Under the pieces are notes generated by a model. The model did no database searches, was not told the DNA's origin, and saw nothing but the letters and a program-made list of their open reading frames with translations. This document shows, piece by piece, positions 20,840-30,053 of a stretch of 64,000 nucleotides of DNA; position 1 is the first letter of the stretch, and every line of letters starts with the position of its first letter. The stretch comes from Longimicrobiales bacterium (lineage in GTDB: Bacteria; Gemmatimonadota; Gemmatimonadetes; Longimicrobiales; Gaopeijiaceae), in contig CBDFIQ010000001.1 of the NCBI GenBank assembly GCA_965248195.1, positions 544,001 through 608,000 on the forward strand, read 5' to 3'. Both the position numbers and the translations under genes were made by a program.

Positions 20840-21814
20840 ATGAACACAGAACACCATTATAGAGCATTTTACATTACGACGGTGTGGACCCTCGGCCTGT
20901 TGTTTCTCGGCAGCGTCGTTCACGCGACGGGGTCGAGCCTTGCTTGCCCCGATTGGCCCACCTGCTACGGGACGATGTTACCCGATATGACGGGCGGCGT
21001 TTTCTGGGAGCACCTGCACCGACTCGTCGCCGGGGGCCTCGTTCTGATCTTCATGGCGGCAACCTACATGGCCTGGAGACCCGAAGCCGGTCGCCCAGCG
21101 ATTCGTAGGTGGGCGCTGGCCGGAATCGGACTGCTGCTGGTGCAAAGTCTCTTCGGCGGACTCACCGTGTTGATGGGGCTTCCAGATGCGGTCTCGACCA
21201 CGCATCTGGCGTTGGCGTTCCTCTTTCTCGCTTTGGCGACGGGCTTGACGGTGGTCACGTCTCCAGGCTGGAGTGGGGGCGGTGGCCGCGGCGAGCGGCT
21301 TCTCCACCTCCGCACCCTGGCTGTTTTCGGGGCCGTTCTCACCTTTCTCCAGTCGGTCCTGGGAGCGGCGGTCCGCCACATGGATGCGGGGCTGGTGTGC
21401 CCGGATGTTCCTCTTTGCCTCGGGCGGTGGATCCCGCCTCTGCAGACCGCGACCGTTGCCGTGCACTTCGGCCATCGCGTCACAGGGTTACTCCTGTTGA
21501 TCACGTTGCTGACTCTCACGGTCCGGGCCGTGCGGAGCCTAGATCCTTCCGTTGAGCGTACTCTAGCGATCTCGGGAGGCGTTCTCGTGACGCTGCAGGT
21601 GCTTTTGGGCTTCTTGTCCGTGTATACGCGGTTGGCGGTCCTGCCGGTGTCCTTTCACACGCTCTTGGCTGCGGGAATTCTCACGGTTACGGTGGGGGTC
21701 GCGGTGATGACGTGGGCGCCCCGGGAAGACTCCCGCGATTCGAGCCGGCCGGCCGAGCTCGGAGCGGTCGGACATGGAGCAGTCGGCCGTGGAGCGGTCG
21801 GACATGGAGGCTGA
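20840..21814 (+). CDS. ctaA: Heme A synthase, COX15/CtaA family
   Basis: ACPDWPTC, EHLHR, second CPDVPLC loop, HFGHR, eight hydrophobic helices. Confidence 0.88.
   Translation: MNTEHHYRAFYITTVWTLGLLFLGSVVHATGSSLACPDWPTCYGTMLPDMTGGVFWEHLHRLVAGGLVLIFMAATYMAWRPEAGRPAIRRWALAGIGLLLVQSLFGGLTVLMGLPDAVSTTHLALAFLFLALATGLTVVTSPGWSGGGGRGERLLHLRTLAVFGAVLTFLQSVLGAAVRHMDAGLVCPDVPLCLGRWIPPLQTATVAVHFGHRVTGLLLLITLLTLTVRAVRSLDPSVERTLAISGGVLVTLQVLLGFLSVYTRLAVLPVSFHTLLAAGILTVTVGVAVMTWAPREDSRDSSRPAELGAVGHGAVGRGAVGHGG
21761..21805 (+). repeat. Three 15-bp tandem repeats at the ctaA/DUF420 junction
   Basis: GGAGCGGTCGGACAT / GGAGCAGTCGGCCGT / GGAGCGGTCGGACAT. Confidence 0.9.
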
Positions 21815-22241
21815 GGCGTTCGGGGCCCTTCTGGCAAGAACCAATGCCACTCTGAATCTCTCCAGTGGTATCCTGCTCATGGTCGGGTGGGGCTTCATTC
21901 GCCGGGGGGACATCCGTCGCCATCGCTTGAGCATGCTGGGGGCGTTCGCCACCTCCAGCCTGTTTCTGATCTTCTACGTCACGCGCCTTACGATCACGGG
22001 CACCCATTCCTTCGCAGGCGAGGGCGTCGCGAGGGCGATCTACCTGGGAATCCTTTCTTCCCACATTATCCTGGCGATTCTGATCGTTCCCTGCGTGTTT
22101 CGACTCCTATACCTGGTATGGAAGGAACGCTTTCAGGACCACCGTCGGCTGGCTCGCTGGGTCTTCCCGGCCTGGCTCTACGTGTCGGTTACTGGATTCG
22201 TCGTCTACGTCCTGCTCTATCATGTGTACGGATATGTGTAG
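21804..22241 (+). CDS. DUF420 (CtaM-like) membrane protein
   Basis: NATLN, HRLSM, FLIFY, SHIILA, HRRLARW...WLYVSVTG. Alternative in-frame ATG at 21774. Confidence 0.88.
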   Translation: MEAEAFGALLARTNATLNLSSGILLMVGWGFIRRGDIRRHRLSMLGAFATSSLFLIFYVTRLTITGTHSFAGEGVARAIYLGILSSHIILAILIVPCVFRLLYLVWKERFQDHRRLARWVFPAWLYVSVTGFVVYVLLYHVYGYV

Positions 22242-22253
22242 AAGGCTGTACGG

Positions 22254-24491
22254 GTGAGTGGGTTGGGGACAGTCACGGCAGCAATCACTGTCGTCCTGGG
22301 GGTCTGCACCCCTCTCGCGGCGCAGGACCGTACCCCCCCCGTATCCGCCGACTCCGTGCTGCCGTTGCCGGAGTTGAGGGTCGAGGTCGTTGGTCTGAGG
22401 ACAGGATCCGTGCCCATCGCCGACGTGCCGTTCCCTGTTCAGATCATCGCGGGATCCAACTTTCAGGGGGCGACAGGCTCCTCGATCGCAGACGCCCTGA
22501 CAGGCTCGGCCGGAGTCAACCTCACGAACCAAACCGGTAGCACGTCGCAGGCCGATATTCGCCTCCGTGGGTTTACGTCGTCCCCGATCGTGGGCGTCCC
22601 CCAAGGCGTGAGTGTGTTCGTCGACGGGGTGCGAGTGAATGAGGCCGACGCGGCGCAGGTGCACCTCTCGTTGATCCCTGGAGGCACCGTCGACCGCATC
22701 GAGTTGATCCGAGGCTCGGTCGGCGCCTTTGGAAGGAACTCACTGGCCGGAGCTCTCAACATCGTGACACGGCGGGGGACGGAACGATCGGTCGAGATGG
22801 AGATCGAGGGTGGGTCCTTCGGGTTGTTGAGAGGAGCCCTCGAAGCGTCGGGATCCGCCGGTAGCTTCGACGGATTTGCGGTGGCGTCGTACGACCGGTC
22901 CAACGGCTGGAGGCGCCTGAGCGGCACGGAGGCGCGCAGCCTCTTCGCCAAGACCGGCTGGCGTGGAGAAAGGACAGACGCGTGGCTCTCGTATACGTTC
23001 GCGTCCCACTCCCTGGAGGGTCCGGGCCCTCTGCCCGAGTCCTGGTTAGAGGGTGGTCCGCTCCCACCCGACATCACCAACCCCCCTGGCGATCGCCGGC
23101 GACTCCAGTACACGGGAGGTTCCGGCGATGTCTTCGTTCCCGGCCTTCACTTCCTGAGCGGACGGGTCGAGCGGCGGATCGGTGACGGCTGGACTCTTCA
23201 GGCAAGCTCCTTTGGGCGCCTGGCCGACTTCCGCCAGTCGAACGACAACATCACCGAGCCCGACGCGCTAGGCCTCACGGACATCCGCACCTTGGGTTCT
23301 GCCGCGCAGGTCAGCTACGAGCCCAACGATCGCTTGATTGCCACGGCAGGTGCCGAGTGGACGCGGAATGATGTGGAAATCCAGATCCGGGAGATCCCCA
23401 ACCAGACGTTTCCCCTCATCGTACCGGCGACGACGGAGCATCTCGAGACCGACGAGAACAATGTCGGCGCGTTCGGCGAGGTGTGGTGGAGGGCTCGCCC
23501 AAGCGTCGCACTGTACGGCTCCATTCGCTTCGATCATGTCAGACTCCCGGTGACAGACCTGCTCGATCCATCGGGGAGTGGGCGGAACACGTTCGCGCAG
23601 TGGTCTGGCGGGGCCGGCGTCAGCAAGCGTCTCGGCCAAGGTTGGAATACCTTCGCGAGCTACGGTCGAGGGTTCCGGGCGCCCGTGATTCTGGAGGTGA
23701 TGTGCGCGGATCCCAGCGACCCCTGCCAGCTTCCCTTCGAGCTCGGACCCGACCCCCCTCTGAAACCCGTCACCTCTGACACCTGGCAAGCCGGCTTGAG
23801 GATGACCAAACCCCGCGGCCAGGCCGAAGTCACGGCGTTCTGGTCCGAGGTCCGCGACGACATCTTCAACGTCACTGACCTCATTACGCCGACGCGCGGG
23901 TACTTCACGAATCTCGAACAAACCCGCCGCGTGGGCGTAGAAGCCTCGCTCGCGCTCATCCCCCTCGTGAGCCTGCCGTCCCTTTCCGTCCGCACGGTGG
24001 TGGGCTGGACCCGAGCGACCTTCGAATCGGAGGCCGTCCTGTCGGCGCCGTTCCTCGATGGCGACGACGGATCGGGCGATCCCCAGGACCCGAATGACCC
24101 GGACGGCCCGACCGCACCCCAAGTGGAGCCCGGAGACCGGTTCCCGATGGTCCCGAGCCTTACGGCGAGCGTCGGTGTGCGCTATGACCTGAACGAAGCC
24201 GTGTTCGAACTGACCGGAGGCTGGGTCGGCAGCCAGTTCCTGGTCGGGGATGAAGGGAACGACGCACTCGGAAAGCTCGACGGGTACACGCTCTTGCATA
24301 CGAGCGTAGAGAGAGATTTCGCGGGTGTGTTGTTTTACCTACGAGTTTCCAACGTCCTCGGTGCCGACTACCGCAGCTTCGGCATCCTGTCCGAAAACGT
24401 GCGCGGACCATCCGGTGGGGTGGAGCCGTTCCTGACGCCCGGCCACCCGAGGCAGCTAGTGGCAGGGATGCGGATTCGCTTGCAGGGGTGA
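22254..24491 (+). CDS. TonB-dependent receptor
   Basis: Signal peptide, plug motif LRGF...GVSVFVDGVRVNE...IELIRG...GALNIVT, barrel strands, CADPSDPC loop. Confidence 0.88.
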   Translation: MSGLGTVTAAITVVLGVCTPLAAQDRTPPVSADSVLPLPELRVEVVGLRTGSVPIADVPFPVQIIAGSNFQGATGSSIADALTGSAGVNLTNQTGSTSQADIRLRGFTSSPIVGVPQGVSVFVDGVRVNEADAAQVHLSLIPGGTVDRIELIRGSVGAFGRNSLAGALNIVTRRGTERSVEMEIEGGSFGLLRGALEASGSAGSFDGFAVASYDRSNGWRRLSGTEARSLFAKTGWRGERTDAWLSYTFASHSLEGPGPLPESWLEGGPLPPDITNPPGDRRRLQYTGGSGDVFVPGLHFLSGRVERRIGDGWTLQASSFGRLADFRQSNDNITEPDALGLTDIRTLGSAAQVSYEPNDRLIATAGAEWTRNDVEIQIREIPNQTFPLIVPATTEHLETDENNVGAFGEVWWRARPSVALYGSIRFDHVRLPVTDLLDPSGSGRNTFAQWSGGAGVSKRLGQGWNTFASYGRGFRAPVILEVMCADPSDPCQLPFELGPDPPLKPVTSDTWQAGLRMTKPRGQAEVTAFWSEVRDDIFNVTDLITPTRGYFTNLEQTRRVGVEASLALIPLVSLPSLSVRTVVGWTRATFESEAVLSAPFLDGDDGSGDPQDPNDPDGPTAPQVEPGDRFPMVPSLTASVGVRYDLNEAVFELTGGWVGSQFLVGDEGNDALGKLDGYTLLHTSVERDFAGVLFYLRVSNVLGADYRSFGILSENVRGPSGGVEPFLTPGHPRQLVAGMRIRLQG

Positions 24492-24503
24492 GTGTCTTCC
24501 CTC

Positions 24504-25316
24504 TTACCCCGAAGGAACCGAGATCTCCACGAATCGCGCGATCTGTTCTCTGATCTCTCCCCAACAAGGGGAGCAGTCGTTGTGTCCGCAATCGAGCGCT
24601 ATGACGTCCAGTCCATCCCGAACCCCGGCGATCCGTTCCGAGTGCCGATACGGAATGACTTCATCCCTGGCGCCGTGGAGCAGCAGCACGGGGCCCTCGA
24701 ACTGGGCCACAGCCCTTACCACATCGTACCGGTCCCGGAGCAGGAATCCGGGAGTTCCAAAGCTCCGCCTCGCCAAAGTGGCCATGGAACTGAACGTCGA
24801 TTGAAGTATCAGCGCCTTCACCGGACGAGAGAGCGCAAGGTCACTGGCCACGCCCCCACCGATCGACCTCCCCCAGGCAACGACGCGCTCGGGGTCCACT
24901 TGGGACCGCTCGATCAGCCAGTCGTAGCCTTTGGTGAACGCCTCGTGCAGTGTGGCCCTCGTCGGCTTGCCTTCGGAGTGTCCGTATCCGGGGAACTCGA
25001 CCAGGAGGACATTGAAGCCCAGGTCTGCAAAATCCTCCATCTCCAATCGCCAGTGATTGATCAGCTCACCGTTTCCGTGCGCGAAGATCAGCGTGGCCGT
25101 GGGAGGGCCGTTCGACCCGTCGAAGAACCAAGCCTCAACGCGCCCGAAGGAGGTACCCAGCCACACCTGCTCGACTCCATGAGGAGCCGAATCAAGGGCA
25201 TGAGGCGAGGCCAGCCGGGTTCCAGGGAAGAGAAGTGATCTCTGAAGTACGAAGAGAAGAGCGACGTAACCCAGATACGCCAACGCCAGGATCCTAATCA
25301 GTGTTCCCAATCCCAA
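24504..25316 (-). CDS. Alpha/beta hydrolase (ABHD13/17-like)
   Basis: N-terminal TM segment + QRSLLFP, HGNGE, PGYGHSEG, GRSIGG, HGARDEVIP, GHND. TTG start placed after a GAGGG RBS. Confidence 0.85.
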   Translation of the reverse strand: MGLGTLIRILALAYLGYVALLFVLQRSLLFPGTRLASPHALDSAPHGVEQVWLGTSFGRVEAWFFDGSNGPPTATLIFAHGNGELINHWRLEMEDFADLGFNVLLVEFPGYGHSEGKPTRATLHEAFTKGYDWLIERSQVDPERVVAWGRSIGGGVASDLALSRPVKALILQSTFSSMATLARRSFGTPGFLLRDRYDVVRAVAQFEGPVLLLHGARDEVIPYRHSERIAGVRDGLDVIALDCGHNDCSPCWGEIREQIARFVEISVPSG

Positions 25317-25377
25317 AATAACCCTCGACTCGAGGACAGAGCTGCCCTCCCTCAGGATCAACGCGACGGCTCGGCCG

Positions 25378-26115
25378 TTACGCCAAGGGAACCGAAATCT
25401 CCACCTCGGCACCCCCGTCGGTATGGTTCCGCAAATGGATCCGACCGCTCTGAAGCTCCACCGCCCTCCGGGCATGCGAGAGCCCAAGCCCCAAGCCTCC
25501 CTCAGACGTGGTGTAAAAGGGATCGTACGCCCTGGACAACGCCTCGGCAGAGAAACCCGGACCCGCATCCCGGATGAGCACGCGACCCCACTCTTCTTCG
25601 CTCGAGACGGTCGCAACTATGCCCTGCCCATTGCCGAAAACGGCAGCGTTATTAAGAACGAGGTAAAGCGCGTCGAGCAGGGCCTCGGTGTTCACGCGGA
25701 CCTGGACCGAGCCCCTCGACGAGAAGAGCACGGAGATGTCCCACTCCGATTCATAAGCCTGGACGGCCTCTTTGACGATCCGGGTGAGATCGTCCTCGCC
25801 GATCTCTCCCGCCGGATCCTCCAAGAAAAAATGGAGATCATCGATCGCGGCCACGGCATCTTCCGCCGCCCGCCGGAGTGACCGGCTACGGTCCTTGAAC
25901 GCCGCGGCAAGCGGACCGTCGACGTTCTCGCGCAGGTATGCGCCGATGCGAGATAGCGCCAGGCGGGATGCCGCGTCCGCCTCGCTGGACGACGCGGATC
26001 GGGCCGGCGCCCCACCGCTCGATCCGCTCGAGGTCTGACGCGTCTTTCTTCCCAAGAAAAACCCCACAACTGCGGCGACCGCCGCCGCAACAGCTCCAAC
26101 CGTCAATGCATCCAT
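25378..26115 (-). CDS. Membrane-anchored HATPase_c (histidine-kinase-like) protein
   Basis: N-terminal TM segment; N box VLNNA, G1 DAGPG, F box DPFYTT, G2 GGLGLGL. No H-box histidine. Confidence 0.85.
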   Translation of the reverse strand: MDALTVGAVAAAVAAVVGFFLGRKTRQTSSGSSGGAPARSASSSEADAASRLALSRIGAYLRENVDGPLAAAFKDRSRSLRRAAEDAVAAIDDLHFFLEDPAGEIGEDDLTRIVKEAVQAYESEWDISVLFSSRGSVQVRVNTEALLDALYLVLNNAAVFGNGQGIVATVSSEEEWGRVLIRDAGPGFSAEALSRAYDPFYTTSEGGLGLGLSHARRAVELQSGRIHLRNHTDGGAEVEISVPLA

Positions 26116-26148
26116 ACGTTCCTCAATGATCGTGAATCCCTCGCAAAC

Positions 26149-26721
26149 CTACTGAATCCCCCACCGACAGTAAGCGTCACCACGAGCCTCGCACGCGACG
26201 TGCCCGACGGTCGGTGGGTCTTTGATCGACCCGCTCAACGTCGCGGAGCAGAGGCCCGACACGAGGGAACAGGCATCGCCTCCGGAGTCGCTCTGGATAA
26301 ACAGGAGTGAACGTCCCTCCAAAACGAACGCGCCGTCCCCGAACCCTCCGACGCGGCGCCCGAAGAGCGTCTTGAGCCTCTTTCTGACTCTCCGCCTGGC
26401 GAGGGCCAATCCCAGCCTGCGTGGCACAAGCCTCGGTTGACGCAGAGGTTTACCGGCCAGCCTGGCGCCACACTCCAGAAAGACCGCTCTCGCGTCAGGT
26501 CGCCGTGCCACGAGCCTCACTAGATCGACGAACTCCTCATCCGAAATCTTGTGGCCCTTTTTGGTCTCCGCCTGATAGTTCCGTATCCGGCGCTCCACCA
26601 CATTACTCAGACCCAACTTGCGCGGCATCGTAATCGACGTGTCTTCCTCCTCGAACACCTCGAAGGGCCGATCACTCGCCTGGATGACCTCCAGAAACGT
26701 GAGGGCGACCAGGGCCGACAC
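26149..26721 (-). CDS. V4R-domain-like hypothetical protein
   Basis: C-terminal ACSLVSG...HVACEARGDAYCRW pattern typical of V4R domains. Confidence 0.7.
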   Translation of the reverse strand: MSALVALTFLEVIQASDRPFEVFEEEDTSITMPRKLGLSNVVERRIRNYQAETKKGHKISDEEFVDLVRLVARRPDARAVFLECGARLAGKPLRQPRLVPRRLGLALARRRVRKRLKTLFGRRVGGFGDGAFVLEGRSLLFIQSDSGGDACSLVSGLCSATLSGSIKDPPTVGHVACEARGDAYCRWGIQ

Positions 26722-27046
26722 CCGCTGGCGCCCACTGACGCTGGACTCCGCTATTTCCGTTTCTCCATGCAGTCGTCGGTCATCGCTGGCGGTGCTCGTC
26801 TGGTGCCGGGACGGTCACGTTCCCGACGGGGTGGGCCGTGTCAATCTCGCAGGCCGTCGGTCACCCGGCAACGTAGGCGCGGTACCTTCCGGAGAGCGTG
26901 CAGATTCGCGCCCATCTCCCGGCGTCCAAACGCGTCCGCCCTTGAAGGTGAGATCAGGACGGAGCATATTCCCACCGAAGGTGAGAATCATTATCGGGTC
27001 GGGTGGAACGGGTCTCTACCCACGACCCGATCCCGTCGGGATGCAT

Positions 27047-27679
27047 ATGGGAAAGCCTCAGATGGACAACGATGTTCGGGGGGGGTCGAAAGAAGAAGCC
27101 CTCGACACGTTGAGTGACGAGGAACTCGTGATCGCCCATCTGCGAGGTCGGAGCGGTGCGTTCGAGGACCTCTACGATCGGTATCGCGACCGGCTCGTGC
27201 ATTTCGTTACTCGCAAGACCGGCGATGGGGACCAGGCACAAGACCTGGTTCAGGAGGCGTTCATCCGAGTTACCCGGCACCTCCACCGATTCGACACGTC
27301 GAAGAAATTCTCGACGTGGGTGTACACGATCGCGAGCAACCTCTCCAAGAATGAGCTCCGCAACCGATCACGGAGCCCCCTGGTTCTCTTCCAGCGGCTC
27401 ACAAACAGTTGGGACGACGACCACCGCCCCATCCAGTTCGAAGATTTCCGGATGAGGCCCGACGATCTCTATCGAAAGCGTTTTCTCAAACGCCTCGTCG
27501 AAGACACCGTGCAGGAGTTGCCCGAGCACCATCGGTTGGTGTTCCAACTGCGTGAGCTGGAGGGTAAGAGCTACGAGGAGATCTCCGAAATCACCGGCGT
27601 CAACCTCGGGACCGTGAAGAGCAGGCTGCATCGCGCCCGAAACTCCTTCGCCCAGAGGATCGAACCGTTCCTCAATTAG
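27047..27679 (+). CDS. ECF sigma-70 factor (RpoE/SigW-like)
   Basis: AQDLVQEAF, FSTWVYTIASN, region 4 SYEEISEITGVNLGTVKSRLHRAR. Start shortened from the ORF track. Confidence 0.93.
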   Translation: MGKPQMDNDVRGGSKEEALDTLSDEELVIAHLRGRSGAFEDLYDRYRDRLVHFVTRKTGDGDQAQDLVQEAFIRVTRHLHRFDTSKKFSTWVYTIASNLSKNELRNRSRSPLVLFQRLTNSWDDDHRPIQFEDFRMRPDDLYRKRFLKRLVEDTVQELPEHHRLVFQLRELEGKSYEEISEITGVNLGTVKSRLHRARNSFAQRIEPFLN

Positions 27680-27695
27680 TTTTCTGAGTCGAAAC

Positions 27696-28355
27696 ATGTT
27701 CGACAACCTACGTCAGGCCTTCCGCGAAGCCGTCGACAACTTCAAGGATGAATTGGGTCGGGACGACGTTCCCGAGGCGGTGAGCCGCCTTCTCCGGGAA
27801 ATGAAGAGAGAGGCCGCGGATACGAAGGCCGAGATCCGGCGGCTGGAAGAGGCCATCCGAAGAGCCATCGATAGGGCCCAGAAAGAAAAAGGCGAGGCGA
27901 AGACGTGCCGTCGCCGCGAACAGATGGCCCTCGACATCTCGGATGAGGAGACCGCCGGCGTGGCCCGCCAGTATGCGGAAAAGCACGAACATCGCCGGAA
28001 GGTCCTCGAGCACAAGGCCCTCGCGTTGAAGGAGGAGCTGGACATGCGAGAGGAGGAGTTCGAGGAGATGATCGAGGCGATCAAGGATGCGGATAAGAAC
28101 CGGGACACGCTCACCGCCACCGCGGGACGTGCGTCCGCACGCAACTCCATCGACGAGACCGACGACCTCTTTTCGCAGCTGGACCGGATCGGCGACGAGA
28201 TCGGAGCCGACGATGCTCGGCGGGAGGCCAGCAGCGAGCTGGACGATCTGCTGGACGACTCGCGGGATCGTTCTGAGCGCCGTCCCGAACCGGAGGAAAT
28301 CGACGTAGATGCCCGGCTCGAGGCCCTGAAGCGAGCGATGAAAAACAAAGGTTAG
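27696..28355 (+). CDS. PspA/IM30-like coiled-coil protein
   Basis: Amphipathic N-terminus MFDNLRQAF, coiled coil with A...DEETAGVA, C-terminal VDARLEALKRAM. Confidence 0.75.
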   Translation: MFDNLRQAFREAVDNFKDELGRDDVPEAVSRLLREMKREAADTKAEIRRLEEAIRRAIDRAQKEKGEAKTCRRREQMALDISDEETAGVARQYAEKHEHRRKVLEHKALALKEELDMREEEFEEMIEAIKDADKNRDTLTATAGRASARNSIDETDDLFSQLDRIGDEIGADDARREASSELDDLLDDSRDRSERRPEPEEIDVDARLEALKRAMKNKG

Positions 28356-28359
28356 ATCA

Positions 28360-28638
28360 ATGGAGAACTGGATCGGTGTCGGTGTTTGGATCGTGATGGG
28401 AGCGTTCATCGCCCTCGTCATGAGAGCCGTGATCAGGAGACCGGAAGAAGCCCCGGGGCATGTACCCGTGCTGGTCGTGATCGGGGCCTTCGGTGCGGTC
28501 ATCGGCGGAATGCTCGGAGTAGGCATCTTCGAGTTCGATGACCCGCTAGCGTTTAGCGCGGGTGGCATGGCTGGCGCGGCCACATTCGCGGTCCTCATGA
28601 GCTTCATTTACCGCTGGGGAATTCGCGGGCTCATCTGA
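28360..28638 (+). CDS. GlsB/YeaQ/YmgE-like small membrane protein
   Basis: WIVMG...IGAFGAVIGGMLG; three hydrophobic helices. Confidence 0.7.
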   Translation: MENWIGVGVWIVMGAFIALVMRAVIRRPEEAPGHVPVLVVIGAFGAVIGGMLGVGIFEFDDPLAFSAGGMAGAATFAVLMSFIYRWGIRGLI

Positions 28639-28643
28639 GCGAC

Positions 28644-30017
28644 ATGAGTGACGTCCAGGGATACATCGGGAGGGAGCTTGGGCGCTTTACCGACGAGATC
28701 CTGGAGTTTCTTCGAATTCCTTCCGTAAGCGCAAAGTCCGAACACAACGCCGACACGCGTCGAGCCGCACAATGGCTCCGCGATAGAATGGAGGGCGCCG
28801 GTCTCGAGGCCGAGGTGCTCGAGACCGCCGGCCATCCGGTCGTGTTGGGGGAGTGGCGCGGTGCCGGCCCCGACGCTCCAACGGTCCTGGTATACGGCCA
28901 CTACGACGTCCAACCGGTTGAGCCCTTGGATCTCTGGGATTCGCCGCCCTTCGAACCAGAGTTTCGTGACGGGCGCCTTTACGCCCGAGGCTCAACGGAT
29001 GACAAAGGGCAACTCTACCTCCACATCAAGGCCGTCGAAGCGCACTTGAAGGAAGACGGGGCCCTTCGCGTCAATCTGATCGTCCTTGCCGAGGGTGAAG
29101 AGGAGATCGGCTCGCCGAATCTCGTGCCATTCGTTGAGGCCCAAAGAGAGAGGCTGGCATGTGACGCGGTGGTGATCTCCGATACCGGGATGTTCGCGCC
29201 CGGCCTGCCCGCCCTCCTTTTTTCGCTCCGGGGCCTCGCTTACTTCCAGATCCGGGTCGTCGGTCCCTCGAGCGACCTCCACTCAGGAGAGTACGGCGGC
29301 CCGGTGGTGAATCCGGCGATGGCCCTCGGGCGAATTCTCGCGAGCCTTCATGACGATGAGGGACGCATCGCCATCGACGGCTTCTACGCCGACGTGCTGG
29401 ACTGGGACCGGGAAGCCAGGGACGCGATCCGCGATCTGCCCTTTGACGAAGACGATTTCGCGCAGTCTCTCGGTGCCGCACCAGAGGGTGGTGAACCCGG
29501 TTTCTCCGTTCTCGAGCGCCTCTGGATCCGGCCCACGTGCGAGGTCAACGGGCTCCTCTCAGGCTACACGGGCGAGGGCGCCAAGACGGTCCTGCCCGCG
29601 GAAGCCATGGCAAAAGTGAGCTTCCGGCTGGTTTCCGATCAAACTCCGCAGCGCGTGGCCGAGCTCTTCCGAGCGCACGTAGCCTCGGTGACGCCACCCG
29701 GAGTCCGGGTCACGGTCCAGGAATTACAGGGAGGAATGCCTTGGCGTGCGCAGCTCGATGGCCGCCTCAAAGAGGCGGCGACGTCCGCACTCCTCAAGGC
29801 CTTCGGATCCTCTCCCGTCTTGGCGGGCGGTGGTGGCAGCATCCCGATCGTCGGCGAGTTCGAGCGAATCCTCGATGCGCCAGTACTCCTGATGGGCTTC
29901 TCCCTGCCCGGAGCCAACCTGCACGCCCCCAACGAGTGGTTCCCCCAAGAGAATATCGAACTCGGAATCCGGGCCCTCGCCTATCTGTACGAGGAGCTCG
30001 GCCAGCCGCGTACCTAG
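28644..30017 (+). CDS. M20 family dipeptidase
   Basis: YGHYDVQP, RGSTDDKG, EGEEEIGS, DLHSG, GGSIP, HAPNE. Confidence 0.95.
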   Translation: MSDVQGYIGRELGRFTDEILEFLRIPSVSAKSEHNADTRRAAQWLRDRMEGAGLEAEVLETAGHPVVLGEWRGAGPDAPTVLVYGHYDVQPVEPLDLWDSPPFEPEFRDGRLYARGSTDDKGQLYLHIKAVEAHLKEDGALRVNLIVLAEGEEEIGSPNLVPFVEAQRERLACDAVVISDTGMFAPGLPALLFSLRGLAYFQIRVVGPSSDLHSGEYGGPVVNPAMALGRILASLHDDEGRIAIDGFYADVLDWDREARDAIRDLPFDEDDFAQSLGAAPEGGEPGFSVLERLWIRPTCEVNGLLSGYTGEGAKTVLPAEAMAKVSFRLVSDQTPQRVAELFRAHVASVTPPGVRVTVQELQGGMPWRAQLDGRLKEAATSALLKAFGSSPVLAGGGGSIPIVGEFERILDAPVLLMGFSLPGANLHAPNEWFPQENIELGIRALAYLYEELGQPRT

Positions 30018-30053
30018 CGTTCTGGACCATCACGGTGATAGCGCGCACACGGC

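Noticed and set aside
26618..27046. Long N-terminal extension of the ECF sigma (and similar extensions on trpE, M28, BNR and hydrolase ORFs)
   Set aside because: Artefacts of longest-ORF calling; they overlap neighbouring genes or promoters and lack family similarity.
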